A stretch of DNA of 64,000 bases from Anaeromyxobacteraceae bacterium (lineage in GTDB: Bacteria > Myxococcota > Myxococcia > Myxococcales > Anaeromyxobacteraceae): the NCBI GenBank assembly GCA_032654565.1, contig JAULAX010000002.1:128001-192000 (forward strand), given 5' to 3'. This document shows, in pieces, positions 1-12,306 of this stretch (its first letter is position 1; each line of letters opens with the position of its first letter). Made by a program: the position numbers and the translations under genes. The notes under the pieces were generated by a model. It saw only the letters and a program-made list of their open reading frames with translations, had not been told where the DNA came from and did no database searches.

Positions 1-92
1 ACCACCCCGACTACGCCCGGCGCCGGGCCGTGCTGGCGGCGCAGGAGGCGGGCGGGCTGGCCATCTTCCGGGCCGGGGTGGCCGCGGACTAG
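1..92 (+). CDS. 3' end of an unidentified gene entering the window
   Basis: Frame 3 reads HPDYARRRAVLAAQEAGGLAIFRAGVAAD* with GC3-rich codons; TAG at 90-92. Confidence 0.5.
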   Translation, partial: HPDYARRRAVLAAQEAGGLAIFRAGVAAD

Positions 93-307
93 GCGACCGG
101 GGCCTGGTGGGCCGCGGACTGACCCGTTCGCGGCGTCCGCGAGGCGGTCCAAGGTCCGCCGTTCAGCCGGACGGCTCTTGTCCCGATCGGGTCAAAACGA
201 CCGAAGTGCTCGGCCTTGCTGGACAAACCTTACCCTCGGTCAGGTCGGGCGTGCTGGCTCGACCTCACCCTCGGTCAGGTTGAGCCGGGCCAGGATCGGG
301 TCGGGAA

Positions 308-1399
308 TCAGGCGATCCGCGGAGCCTTGAACATCCACCCCGCCGGCGCCGGCCGGGTGCCGCGCTGGATCCCGGTGATCACCTCGTAGACCCGCCGGGT
401 GTGCGGCCCGATGACGCCGCCGCCCACCTTCACCTCGGTCTTGTCCTCGAAGACGTAGGCGCCGACCGGCGAGACCACCGCCGCGGTGCCGAAGCCGCCG
501 GCCTCGGCGATCTCCCCGCTCTTCAGCCCCTCGAGGAAACCGGCCAGCGGGATCCGCTCCTGCACCGTCTCGACGCCCAGCGCCGCCTGGCCGAGCGCCA
601 GCACCGACTCGGAGGTGACCGAGCGCAGGATGGTGTCGGTGAAGGTGGGGATCACCAGCCTGCCGCCGCGGGTCACGTGGAAGTGGTTCATGGCGCCCGC
701 CTCCTCGATCCAGGTGTCGGTGGTGTCGAGGAAGAGCACCTGGGAGGCCCCCAGGTCGTGCGCCGCCACGCCGGCCCGCAGCGAGGCGGCGTAGTTGCCG
801 CCGGTCTTGATGGCCCCGGTGCCGCCCGGCGCCGCCCGGTGGAAGCGCTTCGAGATCAGCAGCTTGATGGGCTCGGTGAAGCCCTTCGGGTAGTACGGGC
901 CGCTCGGCGAGAGGAAGACGCAGTAGAGGTACTTCGTGGAGGGCTTCACCCCCAGCGAGTCCTGGGTCCCGATCATGAACGGGCGGATGTAGAGGGAGGC
1001 GCCGTCCTGCTCCGGGAACCAGAGCCGGTCGACGTCGAGCAGGGCGAGGATGGCCTGCACCTGGTCGGCCACCGGCACCGTGGGCATGCAGACGCCGGGC
1101 GCCGACCGGTTGAGCCGCTCGGCGTTCTGGTCGATGCGGAAGGCGTGGATCTCGCCGTCGTCGTGCTTGAAGGCCTTGGCCCCCTCGAAGATCTCCTGGC
1201 TGTAGTGGAGCACCACCGCGCCGGGGTCGAGCGAGAACGGGCCGTAGGGGACGATGCGCGGATCGCGCCAGGTGCCGTCCTCGTAGTCCATGAGGAACAT
1301 GTGGTCGGTGCGCAGCTGGCCGAAGGAGAGCGGCCCCTGCGGCGTGAACGGGGCGGCGCGGCGCTGGGCGGCGGGCTTCAGGTCGTAGCGGATCTTCAT
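308..1399 (-). CDS. ilvE: Branched-chain amino acid aminotransferase (class IV PLP)
   Basis: Motifs HYSQEIFEGAKA, LYIRPF, KTGGNY (PLP Lys), EEAGAMN, GFGTAAVVSPV. Confidence 0.93.
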   Translation of the reverse strand: MKIRYDLKPAAQRRAAPFTPQGPLSFGQLRTDHMFLMDYEDGTWRDPRIVPYGPFSLDPGAVVLHYSQEIFEGAKAFKHDDGEIHAFRIDQNAERLNRSAPGVCMPTVPVADQVQAILALLDVDRLWFPEQDGASLYIRPFMIGTQDSLGVKPSTKYLYCVFLSPSGPYYPKGFTEPIKLLISKRFHRAAPGGTGAIKTGGNYAASLRAGVAAHDLGASQVLFLDTTDTWIEEAGAMNHFHVTRGGRLVIPTFTDTILRSVTSESVLALGQAALGVETVQERIPLAGFLEGLKSGEIAEAGGFGTAAVVSPVGAYVFEDKTEVKVGGGVIGPHTRRVYEVITGIQRGTRPAPAGWMFKAPRIA

Positions 1400-1881
1400 G
1401 CGGGTGACTCCGGCGTGGGCCGCTCATTGTAGCGCAGCCGGACGTGGACCACCTTGTCCACCTCGGCGTGGACCAGGCCGGCGGCGTCCACCAGCTCGAC
1501 GCGGTAGGTCCGGTCGACCGAGCGGGCGCCAGCCAGCGCCTCGCGGATGGCCGCCTCCTCCCCCGCCGGGAGGGCCAGCCGGGCGGTGAGCGCCCCGCGC
1601 CCCGGCTTGCGGAAGCGCACCGTCGCCGCCTTGTCCCAGACCACGTACCCCGGGCCGAGCCGGTGCATCAGCATGATCATGAAGAAGGGGTCGACCGCCG
1701 CCAGCATGGAACCACCGAAGATGGTCCCCACGTAGTTGCGGGTCCGCCAGGAGAGCGGCAGCCGCACCCGCACCTCCGACCAGTCGGCGGCGATGAAGGT
1801 GACCCGCCCGCCCGACCCGCGGTAGCAGGGCCAGAGGTTGATGCCGTGGCGGAAGAAGAAGGTCCTGAGCGACTCGCGCAT
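1396..1881 (-). CDS. Hot-dog fold thioesterase-like protein (DUF4442/PaaI-like)
   Basis: NYVGTIFGGSM..AVDP and VVWDKAATVRF.KPG; 4-nt overlap with the ilvE start. Confidence 0.8.
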   Translation of the reverse strand: MRESLRTFFFRHGINLWPCYRGSGGRVTFIAADWSEVRVRLPLSWRTRNYVGTIFGGSMLAAVDPFFMIMLMHRLGPGYVVWDKAATVRFRKPGRGALTARLALPAGEEAAIREALAGARSVDRTYRVELVDAAGLVHAEVDKVVHVRLRYNERPTPESPA

Positions 1882-1910
1882 GCGGCTCCCCGAGCGACTA
1901 TATTGCCCAC

Positions 1911-2303
1911 ATGAGCCTCAGTGTAGAGACCGGCGCCACCCTCGTCTTCGACCGCTTCTGGAAGTGGCTGAAGCGCCACCCGCACTGCATCCTGCGGGCC
2001 GGGACGGCCGACTCCTTCCTCTTCGACCAGGACGACCTGCACTGGTACCTCGACGAGGACGAGGACCGGGTGCCCACCGTGCAGCTGCTGCGGGGCAAGG
2101 CGCTGATCGGCGAGATCGCCATCGACACCCGCGACATCCTCTTCGTGCAGGCCATGCCCGACCCCAACTCCAGCGAGGAGGGGCAGCACGTCTTCGAGGT
2201 GATCGGCGGCGGCGACGAGCCCTACCCCATCTATCACTTCCTCGTCGCCCACGGCTTCGAGGACGAGGGCTCCGGCCACCGCGGCCCGGTGCTGAAGCAG
2301 TAG
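1911..2303 (+). CDS. Conserved hypothetical protein (acidic, 130 aa)
   Basis: Typical codon usage and globular composition; TATATT lies 6 nt upstream of the ATG. Confidence 0.75.
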   Translation: MSLSVETGATLVFDRFWKWLKRHPHCILRAGTADSFLFDQDDLHWYLDEDEDRVPTVQLLRGKALIGEIAIDTRDILFVQAMPDPNSSEEGQHVFEVIGGGDEPYPIYHFLVAHGFEDEGSGHRGPVLKQ

Positions 2304-2370
2304 CCCTCCCGCCGAAGGGGCAGCAGGCGCCGCGCGACCGGCGCGCCGGCCCCCTCCGCCCGGCCGCCAC

Positions 2371-2399
2371 TTGCGTGGAGGCGCCGCCGCCGTTATGTT
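2371..2399 (+). promoter_or_regulatory. Sigma70-type promoter for the leader uORF / PheS-like gene
   Basis: TTGCGT (2371-2376), 17-nt spacer, TATGTT (2394-2399), then 6 nt to GTG at 2406. Confidence 0.6.
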
Positions 2400-2405
2400 C
2401 CGCGC

Positions 2406-2495
2406 GTGTCCACGTCGATCCTCGAGACCCGTCGATTCTGGCGAGCCCAGCCCCTGCCCGGGCTGGGTGGCGCCGCGCCTCTCGCGCTGCGGTAG
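2406..2495 (+). CDS. Putative leaderless leader peptide MSTSILETRRFWRAQPLPGLGGAAPLALR
   Basis: GTG 2406 to TAG 2495; starts at the expected +1 of the promoter; ends 111 nt before the PheS-like gene. Confidence 0.55.
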   Translation: MSTSILETRRFWRAQPLPGLGGAAPLALR

Positions 2496-2606
2496 CCGCT
2501 CCTCCCACACCGTCAACGGTCCGGGCACTGGCGTCGAGGGAACCCCCTCTTCCGCCACCGCCCACGCCCGCGACGCGCGGGCCAACCGCACCCGAGGTCG
2601 AACACC

Positions 2607-3749
2607 ATGCCCCACGCCATCCTCTCCCCCGAAGCCCTGCAGCGCGCCCTGGCCCTGCGCGACCTGACCGACCCGGCGCAGGGCCCCCACGCCATGCAGC
2701 TGCTGGTGGCCAGCGCCGTGAAGGCGCTGCGCGACGCCTGGGGCTGCCCGGTCATCGAGGAGCGGGCCGACCCGGTGGTCAGCGTCGCCGACAACTACGA
2801 CCGGCTGCTCTACCCGCCCGGCGGCGCCTCGCGTGACGCCCGCTACACCCGCTACGTGGCCCGCGACCGGCTGCTCCGCACCCAGACCTCGGCGCTGATC
2901 CCGCCGCTGCTGCGCCGCCTCGCCGCCGCCCCGCCCGAGGACGCCCTGCTCTCCTGCCCCGGCCTGGTCTGGCGGCGCGACCGCATCGACCGGCTCCACG
3001 TCGGCGAGCCGCACCAGCTCGACCTCTGGCGCATCCGCCGCGGCGAGGGGCTCGGCTCCACCGAGCTCCGGGAGATGATCGACCTGGTGATGGGGGCGCT
3101 CCTGCCCGGACTACCGGTGAAGACGGTCTCGACCGTCCACCCCTACACGGCCGGCGGCCTGGAGATCCACGTCGAGGTGGACGGCGAGTGGGTGGAGGTG
3201 GCCGAGTGCGGCGTGGCCCACCCGCGCATCCTCGCCGACGCCGGCCTCCCGCCCGAGTGGTCGGGGCTGGCCATGGGGCTGGGGCTCGACCGGGTGCTGA
3301 TGCTGCGCAAGGGGCTCGACGACCTGCGGCTGCTCCGCTCCACCGACCCGCGGGTCACCGCGCAGCTGCTCGACCTGGCGCCGTGGCGGCCGGTCTCCGA
3401 CCAGCCGCCCATCCGCCGCGACCTCTCGCTGGCGGTCCACGACCGGCTGCTGGCCGAGGAGCTGGGCGACCGGGTCCGCGAGGCGCTGGGGGCCCGGGCC
3501 GACGACGTCGAGGCCATCGAGGTCCGCTCCGAGACCACCCACGCGGCGCTGCCCGAGGCGGCCCGCGATCGGCTCGGGCTCTCGCCGGGGCAGAAGAACG
3601 TGCTGGTGCGGCTGACGCTGCGGGCCCTGACCCGCACGCTCACCGACGGCGAGGCCAACCGGCTGCGCGACGAGGTCTACGCCGCGCTCCACGAGGGCTT
3701 CCGCCACGAGTGGGCCTGCGGGGCGCCGCCGGGGCGGCGGGCGGGGTAG
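2607..3749 (+). CDS. PheRS-alpha-like class II aaRS catalytic domain fused to an FDX-ACB anticodon-binding domain (PheS-related ligase of unknown function)
   Basis: LLRTQTSA, motif 2 GLVWRRDRIDRLH..PHQLD, motif 3 GLAMGLGLDR; C-terminal P.IRRDLS...RTLTD.EAN (FDX-ACB). Confidence 0.85.
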   Translation: MPHAILSPEALQRALALRDLTDPAQGPHAMQLLVASAVKALRDAWGCPVIEERADPVVSVADNYDRLLYPPGGASRDARYTRYVARDRLLRTQTSALIPPLLRRLAAAPPEDALLSCPGLVWRRDRIDRLHVGEPHQLDLWRIRRGEGLGSTELREMIDLVMGALLPGLPVKTVSTVHPYTAGGLEIHVEVDGEWVEVAECGVAHPRILADAGLPPEWSGLAMGLGLDRVLMLRKGLDDLRLLRSTDPRVTAQLLDLAPWRPVSDQPPIRRDLSLAVHDRLLAEELGDRVREALGARADDVEAIEVRSETTHAALPEAARDRLGLSPGQKNVLVRLTLRALTRTLTDGEANRLRDEVYAALHEGFRHEWACGAPPGRRAG

Positions 3750-3752
3750 GCG
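3525..3752 (+). repeat. 228-bp direct repeat, copy 1 (3' end of the PheS-like gene)
   Basis: Matches 4996-5223; only two differences seen, both synonymous (ctc/ctg, ggg/ggc). Confidence 0.95.
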
Positions 3753-3827
3753 GAGGGCGCCGGGACCGGCCGGGGGCGGGACCTGGGACAGGCGCTCCCC
3801 GTCGCTGGCGAGGCGGGTGAGGGGCTG

Positions 3828-3970
3828 GTGACGCGTGCGGCGCTCAGCCTGCACTCGATGGCGGTCCCTCGTTCGCGAGTCCTGACGTCGGGACTCGCGA
3901 ATGGGGGAGGCGGTCCGGGCGCGGACTCAGGGGCGCTCTGGGCGCCCGCGGTGACCCGGAGTCCCTGTCG
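3828..3970. repeat. ~140-bp diverged repeat with an internal 30-bp palindrome, copy 1
   Basis: Aligns without gaps to 4720-4862 (offset 892); palindrome TTCGCGAGTCCTGACGTCGGGACTCGCGAA at 3872-3901. Confidence 0.8.
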
Positions 3971-4127
3971 GTCGACCCGGGGCCGCCTCCCCTTGCCCGG
4001 AGCGACGCAGCTGCAGGACCGACTCGCGCACCTGCTCGGCCATGCGGACCTTCTCCGGCCAGGTCAGCGCCTGTCGAGTCCGTTGCCAGCGGGCCTGGCG
4101 CTCCAGCAGCGGCGTGACGTCACTCAC
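3927..4127 (-). CDS. Small hypothetical protein (66 aa), partner of the upstream gene
   Basis: GTG at 4127 overlaps the stop of 4120-4635; helical LLERQARWQRTRQALTWPEKVRMAEQV. Confidence 0.55.
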   Translation of the reverse strand: MSDVTPLLERQARWQRTRQALTWPEKVRMAEQVRESVLQLRRSGQGEAAPGRPTGTPGHRGRPERP

Positions 4128-4635
4128 GGGGGAACCTCCCCTCGAACCGCTCCCAGGCCCCGGCCAGGCCGTGCCGGGTGGCGAGCCGCTCGAGCTCGTC
4201 GCGGGTGACGCTCCCTGACTCCAGCAGCGCCAGGACACGGGCGAAGTCCTTGGCCCGCCCCACGCTCAGCGCGATGACGGCGAGGTGGGTCGCCCTGACG
4301 ACACGGAGAGGCACGCCATCGAAGTCGGCGATCTCGGCCAGCTCCATCGCCTCCCGGGTGAGCGGAGAGAAGACCGGCACGAACTGGACGGGCCACGAGC
4401 CGACCCGGATCGCCTCGCCCTCCGCAGGGTGGCCCCGGGCGGCGCAGAAGGCGTAGATGCCGCCAAGCACTTCGAGGCGGTCGGGCTGCGCCACGGCCAC
4501 CAGCACGTCGGCGTCGAGAGTGGCCACGGCCTCCGTGTACCGCATCTGGGCCATGGCTCCGAACAGGGCGTACCCCTGGACCAGCCCGCTGGACTGGAGC
4601 TCGTTGAGCAGCTGGGCCACGGCCTTCATCGGCAC
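4120..4635 (-). CDS. Putative nucleotidyltransferase-fold protein
   Basis: YALFGAMA..Y....T.DAD (G-x..DxD-like) and C-terminal GRAKD, typical of small AbiEii/MNT-like NTases. Confidence 0.6.
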   Translation of the reverse strand: MPMKAVAQLLNELQSSGLVQGYALFGAMAQMRYTEAVATLDADVLVAVAQPDRLEVLGGIYAFCAARGHPAEGEAIRVGSWPVQFVPVFSPLTREAMELAEIADFDGVPLRVVRATHLAVIALSVGRAKDFARVLALLESGSVTRDELERLATRHGLAGAWERFEGRFPRE

Positions 4636-4719
4636 AGCCTAGCGAGCCGAAGGCGTGGCGTACAGGGCGCGGCGGACCGTGGCGCCGGCGCTACGGGTCA
4701 GGGCCAGATCGGCGGGGGA

Positions 4720-4862
4720 GTGATGCGTGCGGCGCTCACCGAGTACCCGAAGGTGATCCCTCTTTCGCGAGTTCTGACGTCAGACTTCGCGAATGGGGGA
4801 GGCGGTCAGGGAACCGACTCGGGGTCCATTTGGACCACCAAGCTGACTGCCGATCCTTGTCG
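4720..4862. repeat. ~140-bp diverged repeat with internal palindrome, copy 2
   Basis: TTCGCGAGTTCTGACGTCAGACTTCGCGAA at 4764-4793 followed by TGGGGGAGGCGGTC, as in copy 1. Confidence 0.8.
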
Positions 4863-4995
4863 CCAAGCATGTTCAATCCAAGGAAAGTCCGAAACCAACG
4901 CTCAAACGCACTCAAGGGTCAGGTCCTATGGAACGCAGGCGGCTTGTCCCCGGTAGACCTTGAAGTTTGACCATCCCCTGCCTGACAGGGGATTG

Positions 4996-5223
4996 CGCTC
5001 CGAGACCACCCACGCGGCGCTGCCCGAGGCGGCCCGCGATCGGCTCGGGCTGTCGCCGGGCCAGAAGAACGTGCTGGTGCGGCTGACGCTGCGGGCCCTG
5101 ACCCGCACGCTCACCGACGGCGAGGCCAACCGGCTGCGCGACGAGGTCTACGCCGCGCTCCACGAGGGCTTCCGCCACGAGTGGGCCTGCGGGGCGCCGC
5201 CGGGGCGGCGGGCGGGGTAGGCG
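4996..5223 (+). pseudogene. Duplicated 3' fragment of the PheS-like gene (direct repeat copy 2)
   Basis: Encodes the identical C-terminal 74 aa RSETTHAALP...GRRAG*; the 5' part of the gene is absent. Confidence 0.9.
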
Positions 5224-5263
5224 CGGGGCGCTTGGACCCCCGTCATCGCCGCCTCGCGCCGCT

Positions 5264-5839
5264 TCAGCCGGCCCGGCTGCGGCGGGTGTTCCGCTCCACC
5301 GCCCAGAGGGCGCTGGCCTGCTCGGCGATGAAGTAGAAGAACGCCAGCACGGCGAAGCCGTAGCCGAACCCGAGGGCGATGGCCAGCAGGCCGTCGGTGG
5401 GCCTGGCCAGCCAGAACGGCCCGAAGATCCGCTGCGCCGCCCACCCCTCGTTGAGCCAGCCGAGCAGGGCGATGGCGACGCCACCGATCACCTGGGCCGC
5501 CCCGAGCACCTCGCCCAGGGCCCGCAGCGCGATCGCCACCATGGGGGTGACGATCCCCTCCGCCTCGGTCACCGCCTCGGCGTCCTCGGCGCGCAGCCAG
5601 AGCACGTTGACCGCCACCAGCCCGAGGGCCAGCACCAGCAGCTGGGTCAGGGCCAGGGCGAGGAAGCCATTGAAGGCCATCTCGCGGCTGACGGTCCGCC
5701 AGAGCAGGTAGGAGCCGTAGAGCGCGCCGAGCGCGGAGAGGACGGCGCAGCCCCGGAAGAAGACGGGGAAGGCGGCGCGGAAGAACTTCCCGTCGCCGAC
5801 GCGGCGCAGGAACGGGGTGAGGACGAGGAAGGGGGGCAT
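5264..5839 (-). CDS. Hypothetical integral membrane protein (~4 TM)
   Basis: ATG 5839 preceded by AAGGAG; several hydrophobic segments. Confidence 0.75.
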   Translation of the reverse strand: MPPFLVLTPFLRRVGDGKFFRAAFPVFFRGCAVLSALGALYGSYLLWRTVSREMAFNGFLALALTQLLVLALGLVAVNVLWLRAEDAEAVTEAEGIVTPMVAIALRALGEVLGAAQVIGGVAIALLGWLNEGWAAQRIFGPFWLARPTDGLLAIALGFGYGFAVLAFFYFIAEQASALWAVERNTRRSRAG

Positions 5840-5925
5840 GCCGGCTCCTTGGGGGCGGGTGGGAGGAGGCCCCGACCGGCGGTTGTACAGCGTCGGCGCC
5901 CGTCCCGGGACCTTTTCCCCGCCCC

Positions 5926-7635
5926 CTACTGGCAGCTCGGCTCGCCCTCGTAGATCCGGAACTCGCGCCAGAGGACGTTGGAGGGCTTGTAGGACGCGCC
6001 GTAGCCCGAGAGCACGATGTCCGCCCCGGCCAGATCGCAGGCGCCGACCTCGAAGGTCACCGGGGCGCCGTCGAGCAGCACCCGGGTCCAGCAGCCGCTG
6101 CGCGACCCCTCGATCCGCAGGGTGTGCCACCGGCCGGAGATGGTGCCCGGCAGCGTCCCCTTGGCCACCACCGAGGTGGTGTTGATGCCGCCGACGATGC
6201 CCCACTGGTAGCTGACGGCGCTGTTGGGCGACTCGGTCAGCGAGATGCCGCGGCCGTGCAGCAGGTCGCTCGAGGTGTGGTCCAGGCCGCCGCCGGGATC
6301 CCCGTAGACGTGCAGCCCCACGCCGATCAGCTGGCCCGCCGCCGCGGGCGCGAAGAAGCTCGCCTCCACCGCGAAGACGTCGGGACGCCTCGGGCCGGCC
6401 GGGACCAGCAGCTGGTTCCAGTCGGAGCCCTGCCACCAGGCGCCGCGCTGCTCGTGCGTCACCATCTCCTGCTTCTGGAAGTCGCCGTTGCGCCAGCGCA
6501 GCCCCGGGATGGGCGCGTCGAAGTCGCTGCGCCCCACCGTCTTCCAGGTGCATGGGACCATCGTCGAGGTGGCCGCCAGCGCCAGCGGCGCCGACCTCCC
6601 GGTGCCGGCCGCTCCCGCCCCTCGCCACCAGAGCGCCGCCGGCGCGCCCAGCCCCACCGCCACCAGCACCCCGGCCACCGCCCCGGCCAGCAGCCAGCGG
6701 ACCCGCGGCCCACGCCGCACCCGCGCCGCGCGCGCCCGGCTGGCCTCGCCCCGCGGCAGCGCCGCCTCGAGCTCGACCAGCGCCTCCAGCACCACCCCGG
6801 CGTCGCGGGGGCGCTCGGTGGGCGACCGCGCCAGCATCGCCTCCACCAGCAGCCCGAGCGTCGGGGCGGCCGCCACCTCCAGCCCGCGCGAGATCGAGCG
6901 CGGCTTGCCCGTGGGATCGACGTCCACCGGCCCCACGCCGGTGAGCATCTTGAAGAGCAGCGCCCCGAGCGCGTAGACGTCGGTCCGCTCGTCCTCCGGC
7001 GCACCGTCGGCCTGCTCCGGAGCCATGAAGGCCGGGGTCCCGCCCTCCAGCTTGCGCCGCCCCAGCGCCGCCGCCATGCCCAGGTCGAGCAGCTTCACCT
7101 GGCCGTCCTCGCAGAGCTGCACGTTGTTGGGCGTCAGGTCGCGGTGGACCACGCCGTGGGCGTGGGCATGGGCCAGCCCGCGGGCCAGGGCGATGGCGAT
7201 CCGCAGCCCCTCGCGCAGCGGCAGCGCCCCCTCGAGGAGCCGCTGCGCCAGCGTGGTCCCGGTGAGAAACTCCTGGACCAGGTAGACGCCCCGGTCGCTG
7301 CGGCCGACGTCGAGCACGGTGACGATGTTGGGGTGGGAGAGCCGCGCCGCCACCTCGGCCTCGGCCAGCAGCCGCTTCTCCCGCGCCACCTCGCCGCGCC
7401 CGCGCAGCGCCTTGAAGGCGACGGTCCGGCCGAGATCGCGGTCGCGCGCCTCCCAGACCACGCCGAAGCCGCCGCGCCCCACCTCGCGCAGCAGCTCGTA
7501 CCGGCCGATCACCGTGCCGGTCCGCATCCCGTCGGTCCAGGAGCCCTCCGCCGACGGCGGCGCCTGGCCGCGCACCACCGCCTCGATGAGCGAGGTCAGC
7601 GTGCCCGGACCGGCGCTCGGATCCTCCCGGCTCAC
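5926..7635 (-). CDS. Membrane Ser/Thr protein kinase with a C-terminal extracytoplasmic beta-sandwich (lectin-like) domain
   Basis: [35 protein letters not shown] segment after the kinase domain. Confidence 0.88.
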   Translation of the reverse strand: MSREDPSAGPGTLTSLIEAVVRGQAPPSAEGSWTDGMRTGTVIGRYELLREVGRGGFGVVWEARDRDLGRTVAFKALRGRGEVAREKRLLAEAEVAARLSHPNIVTVLDVGRSDRGVYLVQEFLTGTTLAQRLLEGALPLREGLRIAIALARGLAHAHAHGVVHRDLTPNNVQLCEDGQVKLLDLGMAAALGRRKLEGGTPAFMAPEQADGAPEDERTDVYALGALLFKMLTGVGPVDVDPTGKPRSISRGLEVAAAPTLGLLVEAMLARSPTERPRDAGVVLEALVELEAALPRGEASRARAARVRRGPRVRWLLAGAVAGVLVAVGLGAPAALWWRGAGAAGTGRSAPLALAATSTMVPCTWKTVGRSDFDAPIPGLRWRNGDFQKQEMVTHEQRGAWWQGSDWNQLLVPAGPRRPDVFAVEASFFAPAAAGQLIGVGLHVYGDPGGGLDHTSSDLLHGRGISLTESPNSAVSYQWGIVGGINTTSVVAKGTLPGTISGRWHTLRIEGSRSGCWTRVLLDGAPVTFEVGACDLAGADIVLSGYGASYKPSNVLWREFRIYEGEPSCQ

Positions 7636-7876
7636 CCGGCCACCCCGTCCCAGAGTAATTGGCGGATCGTCGATCCCAGTGATTTCAATGGGTTCAGCCT
7701 CTCCGCGCCTGCGTCATTCCGCACCGATAGCCGCCTGACCGTCACCCCGCCATTCTACCAGAGCCGCGCCCCATTCGGAGCGTGCCACCCGAAGTCGCAT
7801 CCACCGTCCGCCCCGGTCACTAGGATGGCCGCTCCGGTCCAGGCTTCCCCAACCCGCACCCTCCGTGAGGCATCAC

Positions 7877-8398
7877 ATGATCGATCACGTCACGCTGCGC
7901 GTCCGCGACCTCGCCGCCGCCAGGGCCTTCTACACGGCCGCCCTCGCGCCGCTCGGCTACACGATCGGCAAGGAGTACCCCGGGGCCATCGGCCTCGGCG
8001 TCGGCGGCACCCTCGACTTCTGGCTGGCCCCCGACCCCGACGCGCGGCCGCAGCACCTCGCCTTCACCGCCCCCGACCGCGCCGCCGCCACCGCCTTCCA
8101 CGCCGCGGCGCTGGCCGCCGGCGGCACCGACAACGGCCCGCCCGGGCTGCGCCTCGACTACCACCCCCACTACTTCGCCGCCTTCGCCTTCGACCCCTCC
8201 GGCCACAACGTCGAGGTGGTCTGCCACCGCCCGCCCCAGGCCGCCCGGCCGAAGAAGAAGGCAAAGGCGAAGCGGCCGGCCGCCCGGCGCATCGCCAAGG
8301 GGCCGAAGGGCGTGGCCCGCAAGACGATCGCCAAGGGGCCCAAGGGGCTCGCCGGCACGCAGAAGAAGAAGCGGATGGCCAAGGGACCGAAGGGGTAG
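7877..8398 (+). CDS. VOC/glyoxalase family protein with a Lys-rich C-terminal tail
   Basis: MIDHVTL.V.D, HLAF.A, DNGPPGLR..YH..Y.AAF..DP.G.NVE. Confidence 0.88.
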   Translation: MIDHVTLRVRDLAAARAFYTAALAPLGYTIGKEYPGAIGLGVGGTLDFWLAPDPDARPQHLAFTAPDRAAATAFHAAALAAGGTDNGPPGLRLDYHPHYFAAFAFDPSGHNVEVVCHRPPQAARPKKKAKAKRPAARRIAKGPKGVARKTIAKGPKGLAGTQKKKRMAKGPKG

Positions 8399-8521
8399 CC
8401 GGCCACCGGCGGGGGACGAGGAGCGGCGGGCGCCATCCGGCCTTGAAGGGTCAGACCGGGCTGCTATGACCCTGCCTCGCGCGCAGCCGCAGCAGCCCTC
8501 CCGCCGCCGTCAAGAAGGTCC

Positions 8522-12160
<3,639 letters not shown>

Positions 12161-12306
12161 GGGCGCCGGGGGGAGAGCGACGACCCTGGGTAAGTGAACT
12201 TTCCTTGTAGTGCCGCGGACTTAGCCCCAAAGAGTGACCTCCCCCCGGTTCTGCTGGTATCATGCGACGGGGTCTCCGCTCTGGAGACGCAGAAGAGGGG
12301 GAGCAC

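Noticed and set aside
3828..4862. Integron attC sites
   Set aside because: No clear RYYYAAC/GTTRRRY ends or extrahelical-base pattern, and no integron integrase in the window
4960..5220. Independent 86-aa gene
   Set aside because: It is the duplicated 3' fragment of the PheS-like gene plus a few chance upstream codons
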